Notes under the pieces: model-generated
The model's database searches: none
Told to the model about the DNA's origin: nothing
Seen by the model: only the letters and a program-made list of their open reading frames with translations
Translations under genes and position numbers: made by a program
NCBI GenBank assembly: GCA_964643685.1
Contig: CAZXTN010000001.1
Span: 200,036 to 239,374, forward strand
Direction: 5' to 3'
DNA: 39,339 bases
Source: Candidatus Micrarchaeota archaeon
GTDB lineage: Archaea; B1Sed10-29; JAJRYS01
In this document: positions 16,924 through 24,877 of the stretch, one piece after another
How positions within the stretch are numbered: the first letter of the stretch is position 1
Layout of the letters: the number at the start of each line of letters is the position of its first letter

Positions 16924-18252
16924 ATGAGCGATTTTGACAAGGAAACAAGCAAAATTGAAGAATGGCAGAGGGTGCAGGCTTGGGAAGTAAAAGATCCTTT
17001 TACACACATAACAAGTGCAGAGCTGTTTACTGGTTTTGATGACATATTGAAAAAGTTATATGTTTTCGTTGGATTGGAAAAAAATTATGGGGTTGTTTAT
17101 GGGCATTATGGTTTTGGAAAAACAACTTTGATTAAGAAAGCTGCTGCTGATTTTTCAAAAAAATATAATGTATTGCTTTTTGAAGATGCCCCTAGTATTG
17201 AGAGAATTGCTGATAATCTTAATAAGCTTGCTGATAATGGTTTTTTAAGCAAGCTTTTAAACAAGAAAATTGATGTGCATGATTATCCTTCTTTTAATAA
17301 AAAAATAAAGAAGCACACTGTGTTGATTTTTGACGAGGCTCATTCTATTCCTGAAAATGTTTTTTCGTATATCCGTAACTTGACTGAAAGCGGGAAAACT
17401 TTTTCAGTTTTGTTTGCGGGGAAGCCGGAATTAATGGATAGGGAAAACGGCTTGCCTCAGTATTTAATTGACAGGCTTGAGTTTTCAGAGGGCTTGCGTC
17501 CTCTTACTAAAAAAGAATCTCTTGAGCTTGTTAAAAAAAGAATTGAAGTTCTTGCTAAATCAAAAGCTTACTTGTTCACTGAAGATGCTCTTGTTGAAAT
17601 TGCAAAAAGAAGCAGGTTCGTGCCAAGGGATTTGCTTGAAAACTGCTCCAAGTTTCTTGAGTATGCAATTAATCAAAACAAGCATGAAGTGACTTTGAAG
17701 GATGTTAAGGAAAAGTGGAATTATGTTGCGAAAGAAGCTGGGTTGACTTCCTATACTTTTGAGAAAGAAAGAGGAAAAAGGATTAAGAAAGCTGAAGAGA
17801 AGTTGAGGAAAATTGAAGAGGAAGTGAAGGAAACTGAAGCTGAACTTGAAGAAGAGGCTTATCTTCCTGTTGACGAAGAGGAGGAGTATTGGAAAAAGCC
17901 AACTTATGAGAGGATGATGGAGGGATTGACTCCTAAACCTCATCCTGGGATTGAATATAATATAATGAAGGAGGAGTTTTTGGATGAGTTGTCTCCTCTT
18001 CAAAGGCAGATAATTAATTACTTGTTTGAAGAAGAACCTAAAACAGCTCAGGAGATTGCTAAAGCAATTGACAATTCTTATGATACAGTGCGTCACATGT
18101 TGAAAAGACTGCAGGGAAAATATAATGAACCTGAATCCAAGAAAAAAATAAAAGGAATGTATCCTCTTGTTGAAACCCGCAAGAACCCTAAAAAGAGAGG
18201 GTATATTTTCTTCCTAAGTAGCAGGACGAGGAAGGTAATGTCAAAAGATTAA
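16924..18252 (+). CDS. AAA+ ATPase (ExeA/AAA_22-like N-terminus) with coiled-coil linker and C-terminal winged helix
   Basis: Walker A GHYGFGKT, Walker B VLIFDEAH, FAG sensor region and LIDRL arginine finger. C-terminal wHTH LSPLQRQIINYL...TAQEIAKAIDNSYDTVRHMLKRL. AGGAG upstream. Confidence 0.88.
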   Translation: MSDFDKETSKIEEWQRVQAWEVKDPFTHITSAELFTGFDDILKKLYVFVGLEKNYGVVYGHYGFGKTTLIKKAAADFSKKYNVLLFEDAPSIERIADNLNKLADNGFLSKLLNKKIDVHDYPSFNKKIKKHTVLIFDEAHSIPENVFSYIRNLTESGKTFSVLFAGKPELMDRENGLPQYLIDRLEFSEGLRPLTKKESLELVKKRIEVLAKSKAYLFTEDALVEIAKRSRFVPRDLLENCSKFLEYAINQNKHEVTLKDVKEKWNYVAKEAGLTSYTFEKERGKRIKKAEEKLRKIEEEVKETEAELEEEAYLPVDEEEEYWKKPTYERMMEGLTPKPHPGIEYNIMKEEFLDELSPLQRQIINYLFEEEPKTAQEIAKAIDNSYDTVRHMLKRLQGKYNEPESKKKIKGMYPLVETRKNPKKRGYIFFLSSRTRKVMSKD

Positions 18253-18306
18253 AAGAGTAAGACAATTAAATAGGACAATTAAAGCCGTGCGGAGGTGGCT
18301 TATTAA

Positions 18307-18435
18307 ATGGATTATTTGAAATTAAGCGTGCCTGAACTTGAAAAAATAATGAATAAAATGGACACTGATTATGGAATTGAAAGAAAGAATTTTGTCAGCT
18401 TGAAAGTGGACAAAGTGCATAAAGTAGCATTTTGA
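18307..18435 (+). CDS. Small unannotated ORF, 42 aa (MDYLKLSVPELEKIMNKMDTDYGIERKNFVSLKVDKVHKVAF)
   Basis: Translated by hand. Strong SD GGAGGTG at 18291-18297 and a T-rich tract after the stop. Confidence 0.6.
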   Translation: MDYLKLSVPELEKIMNKMDTDYGIERKNFVSLKVDKVHKVAF

Positions 18436-18525
18436 AAACTCAAGCTCTTTTTTGTTTTTTTTTAATGAAAGCTTTTTAAACTCCTTCTGCTTATTCTAAA
18501 TTATAATTTTAAAATGGTGACGTGA

Positions 18526-18759
18526 ATGAGTGTAAGATTGTCAAGAATGTATGGAATGGACATATTTTCAGGAGAAGCAGGTTATATTGGAAAAGTGAAT
18601 GACATGATAATAAACCTAGAAGCAGGGGAAGTTGTCAGACTCACTACAGTTCCACTAAGAGATATAATGCAATCAAATGCAAAAGACATCCTGCAAAAAA
18701 ACAGTGTCTTATTCAAAAGAGTGAAATCAGTAAAAGACATAGTTTTAATAGGAAACTAA
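18526..18759 (+). CDS. Stand-alone PRC-barrel domain protein (CdpB-like)
   Basis: LSRMYGMDIFS..AGYIGKVNDMIINLEAGEV...VKSVKDIVLI; GGTGA SD-like element upstream. Confidence 0.85.
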   Translation: MSVRLSRMYGMDIFSGEAGYIGKVNDMIINLEAGEVVRLTTVPLRDIMQSNAKDILQKNSVLFKRVKSVKDIVLIGN

Positions 18760-18957
18760 AAATAACAGCAAAAGACCCTTAAAATCCTTATTTTTTTAAT
18801 ATTTAACAAAATAGCAGCAAAAAACAAAAGATGTAAAATATTTGCAAATAAAAAAAGATATTAAAAAATATTTGCATTTAAAGCTTGAAATTAATACACT
18901 CACAAAATAATACTTAAGTGTAATAGTTTTTTATACTTAAACTTCTTTTTTTGTTAT

Positions 18958-19644
18958 TTGATGACTAAACTTGATAAAAATAGAGTTTTTGATGAAATTA
19001 TTGATTTTTGCAGGTTTCCTGTGCCTAAAACACCTATTGATATTGTTAGGCATTTAAAGGGATTGGATTTTGGCTTTTATCCTGGAACTCCTGACAAGCA
19101 GGTTGTTAAATTTTTAAGAACAAATTATTTAAATGAATTAGTTGATAATGGGCTTATTGTAAAGTATACTTTTGATTCTGGTTCTTGGAAAAAAGCTAGG
19201 AAGCTGCTTTCTTATTATGAATCTGGCAATAAGAAAAAGCCTACTCGTAAAGTAAGTGAATTATATCAAATTAATTTTTTAAATTTTTTTAGCAACAAGG
19301 ATTCTTTTTTGCTGAAAATACCTTCTTTTAAGGAAATTAATTTGGATTTGGTTGTTCTTCTTTATAATTCTTTTAAATCTGTTAATAAAAAAAGTTTGAG
19401 GCTTTCTAATTTTTCATTGGAATTAATTAATTTAATGATGGCTTATAGAGAAGAAAGTGTAAGGGATAAAATTAGAATCAAACTTTATAATTTGAATTTT
19501 AATGATAAGGAAATTGAATCTTTTGAAAAGCTGCTTGAATACTCTTTGTTTATGAATGATTTTTTTGAAAAAATTCCTTTTAACCCAAATGATTCAAGAG
19601 CTCTTGAATTAATTGAAAAAATAAACAAAAATATAACAAATTAA
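18958..19644 (+). CDS. Very AT-rich hypothetical protein, possible N-terminal wHTH-like region
   Basis: 228-aa ORF. PKTPIDIVRHL...YLNELVDNGLI loosely resembles an HTH. Confidence 0.55.
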   Translation: MMTKLDKNRVFDEIIDFCRFPVPKTPIDIVRHLKGLDFGFYPGTPDKQVVKFLRTNYLNELVDNGLIVKYTFDSGSWKKARKLLSYYESGNKKKPTRKVSELYQINFLNFFSNKDSFLLKIPSFKEINLDLVVLLYNSFKSVNKKSLRLSNFSLELINLMMAYREESVRDKIRIKLYNLNFNDKEIESFEKLLEYSLFMNDFFEKIPFNPNDSRALELIEKINKNITN

Positions 19645-19811
19645 CAAATAAAAATAGTGCAAAAATTATACAATTATCTTTTTTGTTTTTCTTATTTTTT
19701 AATTGAAATCTAAAAAAATTAAGTTAATTTTTTGTTTTATTATTTTTTTTTCATTTGATTTGCTTTTTTTACTTGAAGTAGGGGGTGGCTGTATTACTTT
19801 CTATTTTTGAT

Positions 19812-20255
19812 TTAAATTACTTTTTCATAAATGTATACTTTCTGCTTGTATGGCTGGTAGTTCATGTTTTTAGCTGGGATTATTACTTCTTTTTCTCCTA
19901 CTATTTTATATCCTTGTTCTTTCATTAACTTTTCAAGGTATTCGTTTGATGCTTTTTTTTCTATTTCTACTCTGAATTTTTTAACACCTTGTTTTATTAA
20001 TTCTTGTTCTGCTTGTCTTGTTAATTGTTTTCCTATTCCTCTTTTTCTTGAAAATGGCTTTACATATAAGTCAAACAAGTTTCCTATCTTTTCTCCTTTT
20101 TCTTCTGTTATTACGTAGTTTATTTTTCCTTTTTTCCAATATTTTTTTGCTGTTATTTTGTAATTGTTTGGTGTTTCTTGTTTTGTTTCAAAAGTCAATG
20201 GCTTTCTTATTTTTTTAAGGAATTTCAGTTTTTCAGTGGCTCTCATTTTAACCAT
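19812..20255 (-). CDS. GNAT-family N-acetyltransferase
   Basis: LYVKPFSRKRGIGKQL motif A; KEQGYKIVG. Confidence 0.82.
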   Translation of the reverse strand: MVKMRATEKLKFLKKIRKPLTFETKQETPNNYKITAKKYWKKGKINYVITEEKGEKIGNLFDLYVKPFSRKRGIGKQLTRQAEQELIKQGVKKFRVEIEKKASNEYLEKLMKEQGYKIVGEKEVIIPAKNMNYQPYKQKVYIYEKVI

Positions 20256-20411
20256 TCATTTTTTTGATAAAGTAGCTTCAGTTCGCCTATCAATCTTCAT
20301 TCTTTTGCCGCGTTTAAGTCAGATTTTTTTGAATTCATCATCAGCTATTGTTAATTAATTATATTCAATTACCTTTTTAAACTCATTTATCTAAAAATAT
20401 GAATACAGAAC

Positions 20412-20552
20412 AGCGAGGTGGGGCAGCTTGGAGTTCTCTTGCCTTTTTTGACAAGAGTCCAAAATGCCCGACGGGCTCATAAGAGGTTCAGTTTAGTTAA
20501 GCTGAGGCACTGAAACACCCGTAGGTCAGTGGTTCAAATCCACTCCTCGCTA
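20412..20552 (+). tRNA. Initiator tRNA-Met (CAT) with two introns (D-loop 20434-20464; anticodon loop about 20482-20516)
   Basis: Spliced sequence AGCGAGGTGGGGCAGCTTGGAG|TGCCCGACGGGCTCATA|ACCCGTAGGTCAGTGGTTCAAATCCACTCCTCGCTA. It has an A1-U72 pair and three consecutive G-C pairs in the anticodon stem. Confidence 0.92.
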
Positions 20553-20612
20553 TTAAAAAATAGAGACCACTTTATGTTGTCTTATTAAATGCAATTTTTG
20601 TTAAAAATTGCT

Positions 20613-20632
20613 TTCAAATCCACTCCTCGCTA
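20613..20632 (+). repeat. Duplicate of the tRNA-iMet 3' end (att-like)
   Basis: TTCAAATCCACTCCTCGCTA, identical to 20533-20552. Confidence 0.9.
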
Positions 20633-20658
20633 CTACTCTTTTTGTTGTATTTTTTATT

Positions 20659-21897
20659 TCATATTCCTGTCATTAATTCACTGCTTCTTAGAAACAAAAT
20701 GCTTCCAACAATAAGTATGAATAAAACGCTTCCAATTGCAAAGCCTTTAAAGTTTTCATTTGTTCCTGTTGCAAGTCCAGTTAATTTTTTGCTTTCTTCT
20801 TTTTCATTTGGCAGTTGTTTTTTAAATTCAAAGCTTTTTCCTTTCACTGTTATTTTCGCGCCTGCTGGCACTTTGAAATACTTGTTTGTTTCAACTTGCT
20901 TTTCTGTGACTGTCCCTTCATATTCTATTGTGACATTAATTTTTTCAATGAAAGGATTGTTGTTTTGATTTAGCACTACTACTTTAATTAATTTTGTGCT
21001 TTCGTTTGATTTTTTTTCATCAATTATTAATTTAGCGTCAGTCACTATGTTTTCAACTGTTATGTTGAAAGAATAATTTCCCTTATTGTTTCCTTTATTG
21101 AAAAAAATATTAACTTCGTATGTTCCAGGCTGCTGGTTTTCAGGCAAGGTGAAGTTACAGAAGTATCTCCCATTGTTTTCTGTAAAAAAGTATTTTTCAT
21201 TGTCTAGCAAAGCATAAGCTGAAACTTTTGCCTTTCTTCCAAAATAATCAGTAGCAGTCAAGTTGATTTCAACTTCTTCACCTGGCTCAAATTCTTTTTT
21301 GTTCAAATAAACAACTGCTTTCAAAGAATCATATACTTCAAGAGTTATGTTTTTTTCGCCTTTGTTCCCTTTTCCATCCATGCATTTTATTTGCACTTGC
21401 TTTTCGCCTGGGGTTGAAAATGCTTTGTTCATTTCACTTTCATAGACAGTGCCTTCAGATAAGATTTTACAAGGCACTGTTTCTTTTCCTTTTACTCCAT
21501 ATGCTTTTATTCTTACTTCTTCTCCTGTCATGAACTTGAAGGAATTCAAGCTGTAACTTACTTTTATTTCATCACTTACCTTAAAAGAAGATTTGATGTC
21601 TTCAAAGCAGTTTGATGAAATTTTTACAAAGTGCTCCCCTGGACTTGCATTTAACTTCTCAGGAAACAAAGTTCTAAAATCAGTAACTCCTTCAAAAGAG
21701 TAATTTTTTTCTGTTACAAGAGAATTATCCAAGAAAAGTGAAACAGAGCAATTGCCTTGCCCTTCATAATACCCCGCTATGAAAATATTATCTCCTAAAA
21801 AGTAATCACCGCTTGGAGATACTATTACAGCAGTGCTTAAAACACTACCAGCAAGAAATACAATCAAAACAAAAAATTTACTTCCAATCACATTCAT
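20659..21897 (-). CDS. Secreted/membrane-anchored multi-Ig-like surface protein
   Basis: N-terminal signal peptide, repeated beta-sandwich patterns (F.PGEEV.I, QPGTYEV), many NxS/T sequons, and a C-terminal TM helix after LTGLAT. Confidence 0.7.
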   Translation of the reverse strand: MNVIGSKFFVLIVFLAGSVLSTAVIVSPSGDYFLGDNIFIAGYYEGQGNCSVSLFLDNSLVTEKNYSFEGVTDFRTLFPEKLNASPGEHFVKISSNCFEDIKSSFKVSDEIKVSYSLNSFKFMTGEEVRIKAYGVKGKETVPCKILSEGTVYESEMNKAFSTPGEKQVQIKCMDGKGNKGEKNITLEVYDSLKAVVYLNKKEFEPGEEVEINLTATDYFGRKAKVSAYALLDNEKYFFTENNGRYFCNFTLPENQQPGTYEVNIFFNKGNNKGNYSFNITVENIVTDAKLIIDEKKSNESTKLIKVVVLNQNNNPFIEKINVTIEYEGTVTEKQVETNKYFKVPAGAKITVKGKSFEFKKQLPNEKEESKKLTGLATGTNENFKGFAIGSVLFILIVGSILFLRSSELMTGI

Positions 21898-21944
21898 CAG
21901 AACTTATTAATCATTTATTCTTTTTAATTTGTTCAGTTTCTTAT

Positions 21945-22415
21945 TCATTTTATCCTTTTAAGCTCTGAAAGTGTTTTTTTCAATAACTTTTCAACCTTCT
22001 TTTCACTTCTTTTTTTATGCTTTACTTCTTCAACAAGTTCGAAAACAAGCTCGTTAACTGAATTCCTTTTACCAAAAATTTCAAGGATAATCTCCTTAAA
22101 AACAAAAATTTTATCTTCAAAATCATCTTTTTTAATTTTCAACAAAAGTCTTTTTCCTTTTCCAGTCAGCTTAAAATTCTTCTTAGCTCTTTTATCAATG
22201 CTTTTAATACTTATAAGTCCCTCTTCTTTCAAGTGATTGAGAAGAGGATAAACTGAACCCTTACTTGGAATCCATTTTCCTTTCGTTTTATCTTTTATTT
22301 CATTTATTATCTCATACCCTGATTTTGGAGAAGAAAACAAAGAGTTTAAGATATACAACGAAAGAATTCCCCTCTCCCTTCCCTTATTCACTGAAAATTT
22401 TAAAATTTTATCCAT
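21945..22415 (-). CDS. PadR-family transcriptional regulator
   Basis: SGYEIINEI...WIPSKGSVYPLLNHLKEEGLI...KKNFKLTGKGK. Confidence 0.92.
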   Translation of the reverse strand: MDKILKFSVNKGRERGILSLYILNSLFSSPKSGYEIINEIKDKTKGKWIPSKGSVYPLLNHLKEEGLISIKSIDKRAKKNFKLTGKGKRLLLKIKKDDFEDKIFVFKEIILEIFGKRNSVNELVFELVEEVKHKKRSEKKVEKLLKKTLSELKRIK

Positions 22416-22526
22416 AGCAATTACAGATAAGGAAACAAAACTTTTTAAACATTACTATTCCGAACCGTTCAAAAACGAAATAAATATAAATAACCTTTGC
22501 TTTTGTCTAATCAAGGTGATGTTTTT

Positions 22527-23693
22527 ATGAATGCTAACAAATTGTTTTTTATTTTATTGCTTGCAATGATTCTATTTTCAGCGCAAGCAAAAGCAGATAT
22601 CTACACTTCCCAAGAGTACGGCTTGATGATAAACTCCTATTCAACTTATCCCTCTGTTCTTGAACCAGGGGACAAAAATGCCATTCTCAGAATGAACCTC
22701 ACTCATTATGGTTCAAGGACTTACAAGGATATTAAAATCAAAATAGGTGTCCCAGATGGTTTCACTGCCGTGCAGGACACTGCTTTCATTACTTCTATGG
22801 ACAGGCTTGACAAGTACACTGTCCAGTTTAAATTTGATGTTGGAGACATTGAAGCAGGGACTTACTTATTTCCAGTAACCATCTCTTATAATGACACTAT
22901 AAGTGGGTATACTGAATACGTAAAGCACATAACTCTCCAGGTATCAAGTTCTCCTTCTCTTGAAGTTTCAGATATCTCCTTTTTAACAAAGCCATTAATA
23001 GGAAACAAGACAAAAATCTCTTTTATAGTGAAGAATACAGAGTACACTCCTGCTTCAAATGTAGTTGCAAAAATAAGCATAGCTGACTCTGAAATTTCAT
23101 GGATTCCTAACCAGAAAACAATCACTCAGATACCTGCAAAAGGCCAGTCTGAAGTTATTTTCACAGGTTTAATTTCAAAAAACGCTGCACCTGGCTCTTA
23201 TACTGGAACAATCACTTTTATTTACAATGGAAAGAGCCTCTCAAATCCTTTTGTAATTGACTTGATAGGCAAGCCGGAATTAAAGATAGCAGGTGTTTCA
23301 ACAAGCGATGATGTTTATGCAGGGGAAAAGACTTCTGTTTCTGTTCAGCTTGAAAATGTAGGCGAAGGGGATGCGGAGTCTGTGAAAGTGATCCTTTTAG
23401 ATGCAGATGCAGAGGGAATCAAAACTTCTTATATTGGAAAAATAGAATATGATGACACAGGAACAGCAATTTTTGACCTCAATTTCAACTCCCCTGGAAC
23501 AAAGGAAATAACAGCAAAAGTTATTTACACTAACTCTGAAAAACAACAGAAAGAACTTCAAGAAAACTTTGAAATTTATGTCAACAAGAAAAAGCAAAGC
23601 ATGTTTAGTTACATTCTCCCATTAATCATCGTCTTAGCAGCTGTTTATTACTTCAACTTAAGGAAAAAAAGAGAGCAGCTTAAGAAAGTGTGA
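22527..23693 (+). CDS. COG1361-type S-layer-like/CARDB protein associated with ABC exporter; ORF extends to 22497
   Basis: Signal peptide, three Ig-like repeats (LENVGEGDAESVKV) and a C-terminal TM helix. AAGGTGA precedes the ATG at 22527. Confidence 0.8.
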   Translation: MNANKLFFILLLAMILFSAQAKADIYTSQEYGLMINSYSTYPSVLEPGDKNAILRMNLTHYGSRTYKDIKIKIGVPDGFTAVQDTAFITSMDRLDKYTVQFKFDVGDIEAGTYLFPVTISYNDTISGYTEYVKHITLQVSSSPSLEVSDISFLTKPLIGNKTKISFIVKNTEYTPASNVVAKISIADSEISWIPNQKTITQIPAKGQSEVIFTGLISKNAAPGSYTGTITFIYNGKSLSNPFVIDLIGKPELKIAGVSTSDDVYAGEKTSVSVQLENVGEGDAESVKVILLDADAEGIKTSYIGKIEYDDTGTAIFDLNFNSPGTKEITAKVIYTNSEKQQKELQENFEIYVNKKKQSMFSYILPLIIVLAAVYYFNLRKKREQLKKV

Positions 23694-24856
23694 CTAACAT
23701 GTACAAGTTTGCTTTTAAGAATTTATGGCTGAGGAAATCCCGTTCAATACTAGCTTTAGTTGGCTTGTCTGTCGCAATAATTGGAATAATAGGGCTTATT
23801 TCAATTTCTTCAGGGATAAAGTACGAAGTCACAAGCATGTTTTCAAAAATGGAGGGAGTGACAGTCATGCAGAAGGGAGTGTTTGATGACGCTCAATCTT
23901 GCCTCTCTCTTGACTACAAAAAAAAGCTTGAATCTTTTCAAGAATCAGAGATAGTTGTTCCTTCTATTTCAGGACTTGCTGTTGATGTTGAAAAAAAGGG
24001 AAGAGTGCTTAAATCATCTCCAATGGGGGGAGTCATAACTTTCATAGGCCTTGATGTTTCAGAAGCAAGCAAACTGCCTAAAGGATCTGTTTACAACCCT
24101 CATATAATAAGAGGAAGGGAATTGAAACCCTATGACTCAAAAGTTGTCATAATAGGAAAAACAGTTGCAGATAACTATGACAAAACAGTAGGAAGTAAGA
24201 TTTATTTCAATGGGGAAACCTTTAAAATAGTTGGGATATTTGAACAAGATTCAAAATTATTTAATAGGATGATTCTCCTTCCCCTTGAAGAAGCTCAAAA
24301 AATAACACACAAGGACCCAGATATGATTGGCTTTTATTACATAGAACCAAAAAACCCCTCTGACTCTGAAAAACTTTCAGATAAAATAAACTTCAGATAC
24401 GAAGATGATGGGCTCGAAGCCTCTTCAGGAAGTGGCTTTGCAGGTGAAATATCAGGGGTAATGAAAAGCCTTGATTTATTTTTCTACGGAGTGTCATCAA
24501 TAGCATTGTTTGTAGGGGCTATTGGAATAATTAATACAATGCTAATGAGTGTTCTTGAAAGAACAAAAGAATTTGGCATACTAAAGGCAGTTGGCTGGAC
24601 AAACACAGACGTGCTGAAATTAATTATTTTTGAATCCATTTTTTTAGGCTTAATAGGAGGAGTGATAGGAATAATCCTCTCAATAATCCTAGTAAAATAC
24701 ATAGCCCCTTATTTCCTGACATTCACAATGATAATAACACCTCAATTGCTAATGATGGCTTTCCTCTTGTCTCTTCTTCTTGGAGTCATAGGAGGAATTT
24801 ACCCTGCATGGAGAGCATCTAAACTAGATCCAGTTAAAGCAATAAGATTTGAATGA
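23690..24856 (+). CDS. ABC transporter permease, MacB/FtsX family
   Basis: KNLWLRKSRSIL, GIINTMLMSVLERTKEFGILKAVGW and YPAWRASKLDPVKAIR. Confidence 0.95.
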   Translation: MTNMYKFAFKNLWLRKSRSILALVGLSVAIIGIIGLISISSGIKYEVTSMFSKMEGVTVMQKGVFDDAQSCLSLDYKKKLESFQESEIVVPSISGLAVDVEKKGRVLKSSPMGGVITFIGLDVSEASKLPKGSVYNPHIIRGRELKPYDSKVVIIGKTVADNYDKTVGSKIYFNGETFKIVGIFEQDSKLFNRMILLPLEEAQKITHKDPDMIGFYYIEPKNPSDSEKLSDKINFRYEDDGLEASSGSGFAGEISGVMKSLDLFFYGVSSIALFVGAIGIINTMLMSVLERTKEFGILKAVGWTNTDVLKLIIFESIFLGLIGGVIGIILSIILVKYIAPYFLTFTMIITPQLLMMAFLLSLLLGVIGGIYPAWRASKLDPVKAIRFE

Positions 24857-24877
24857 AGTTAATTTAAGGCGAAAAAA

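Noticed and set aside
16924-18252. Calling the ATPase cdc6/orc1
   Set aside because: The domain order is similar, but the N-terminus and Walker B context look ExeA/AAA_22-like, and no canonical ORB with a G-string was seen beside it.
19625-19770. A-rich then T-rich mirror tract
   Set aside because: Adequately explained as overlapping T-rich terminators of two convergent genes.
19771-19786. ORB-like motif ACTTGAAGTAGGGGGT
   Set aside because: Single copy, lacks the TTCC/TCCA half of the ORB, has no partner box and no adjacent cdc6.
20256-20358. Possible pseudogene fragment upstream of the GNAT (minus strand, internal TGA)
   Set aside because: Only about 30 codons with no recognisable homology; not enough to claim a pseudogene or stop-codon recoding.
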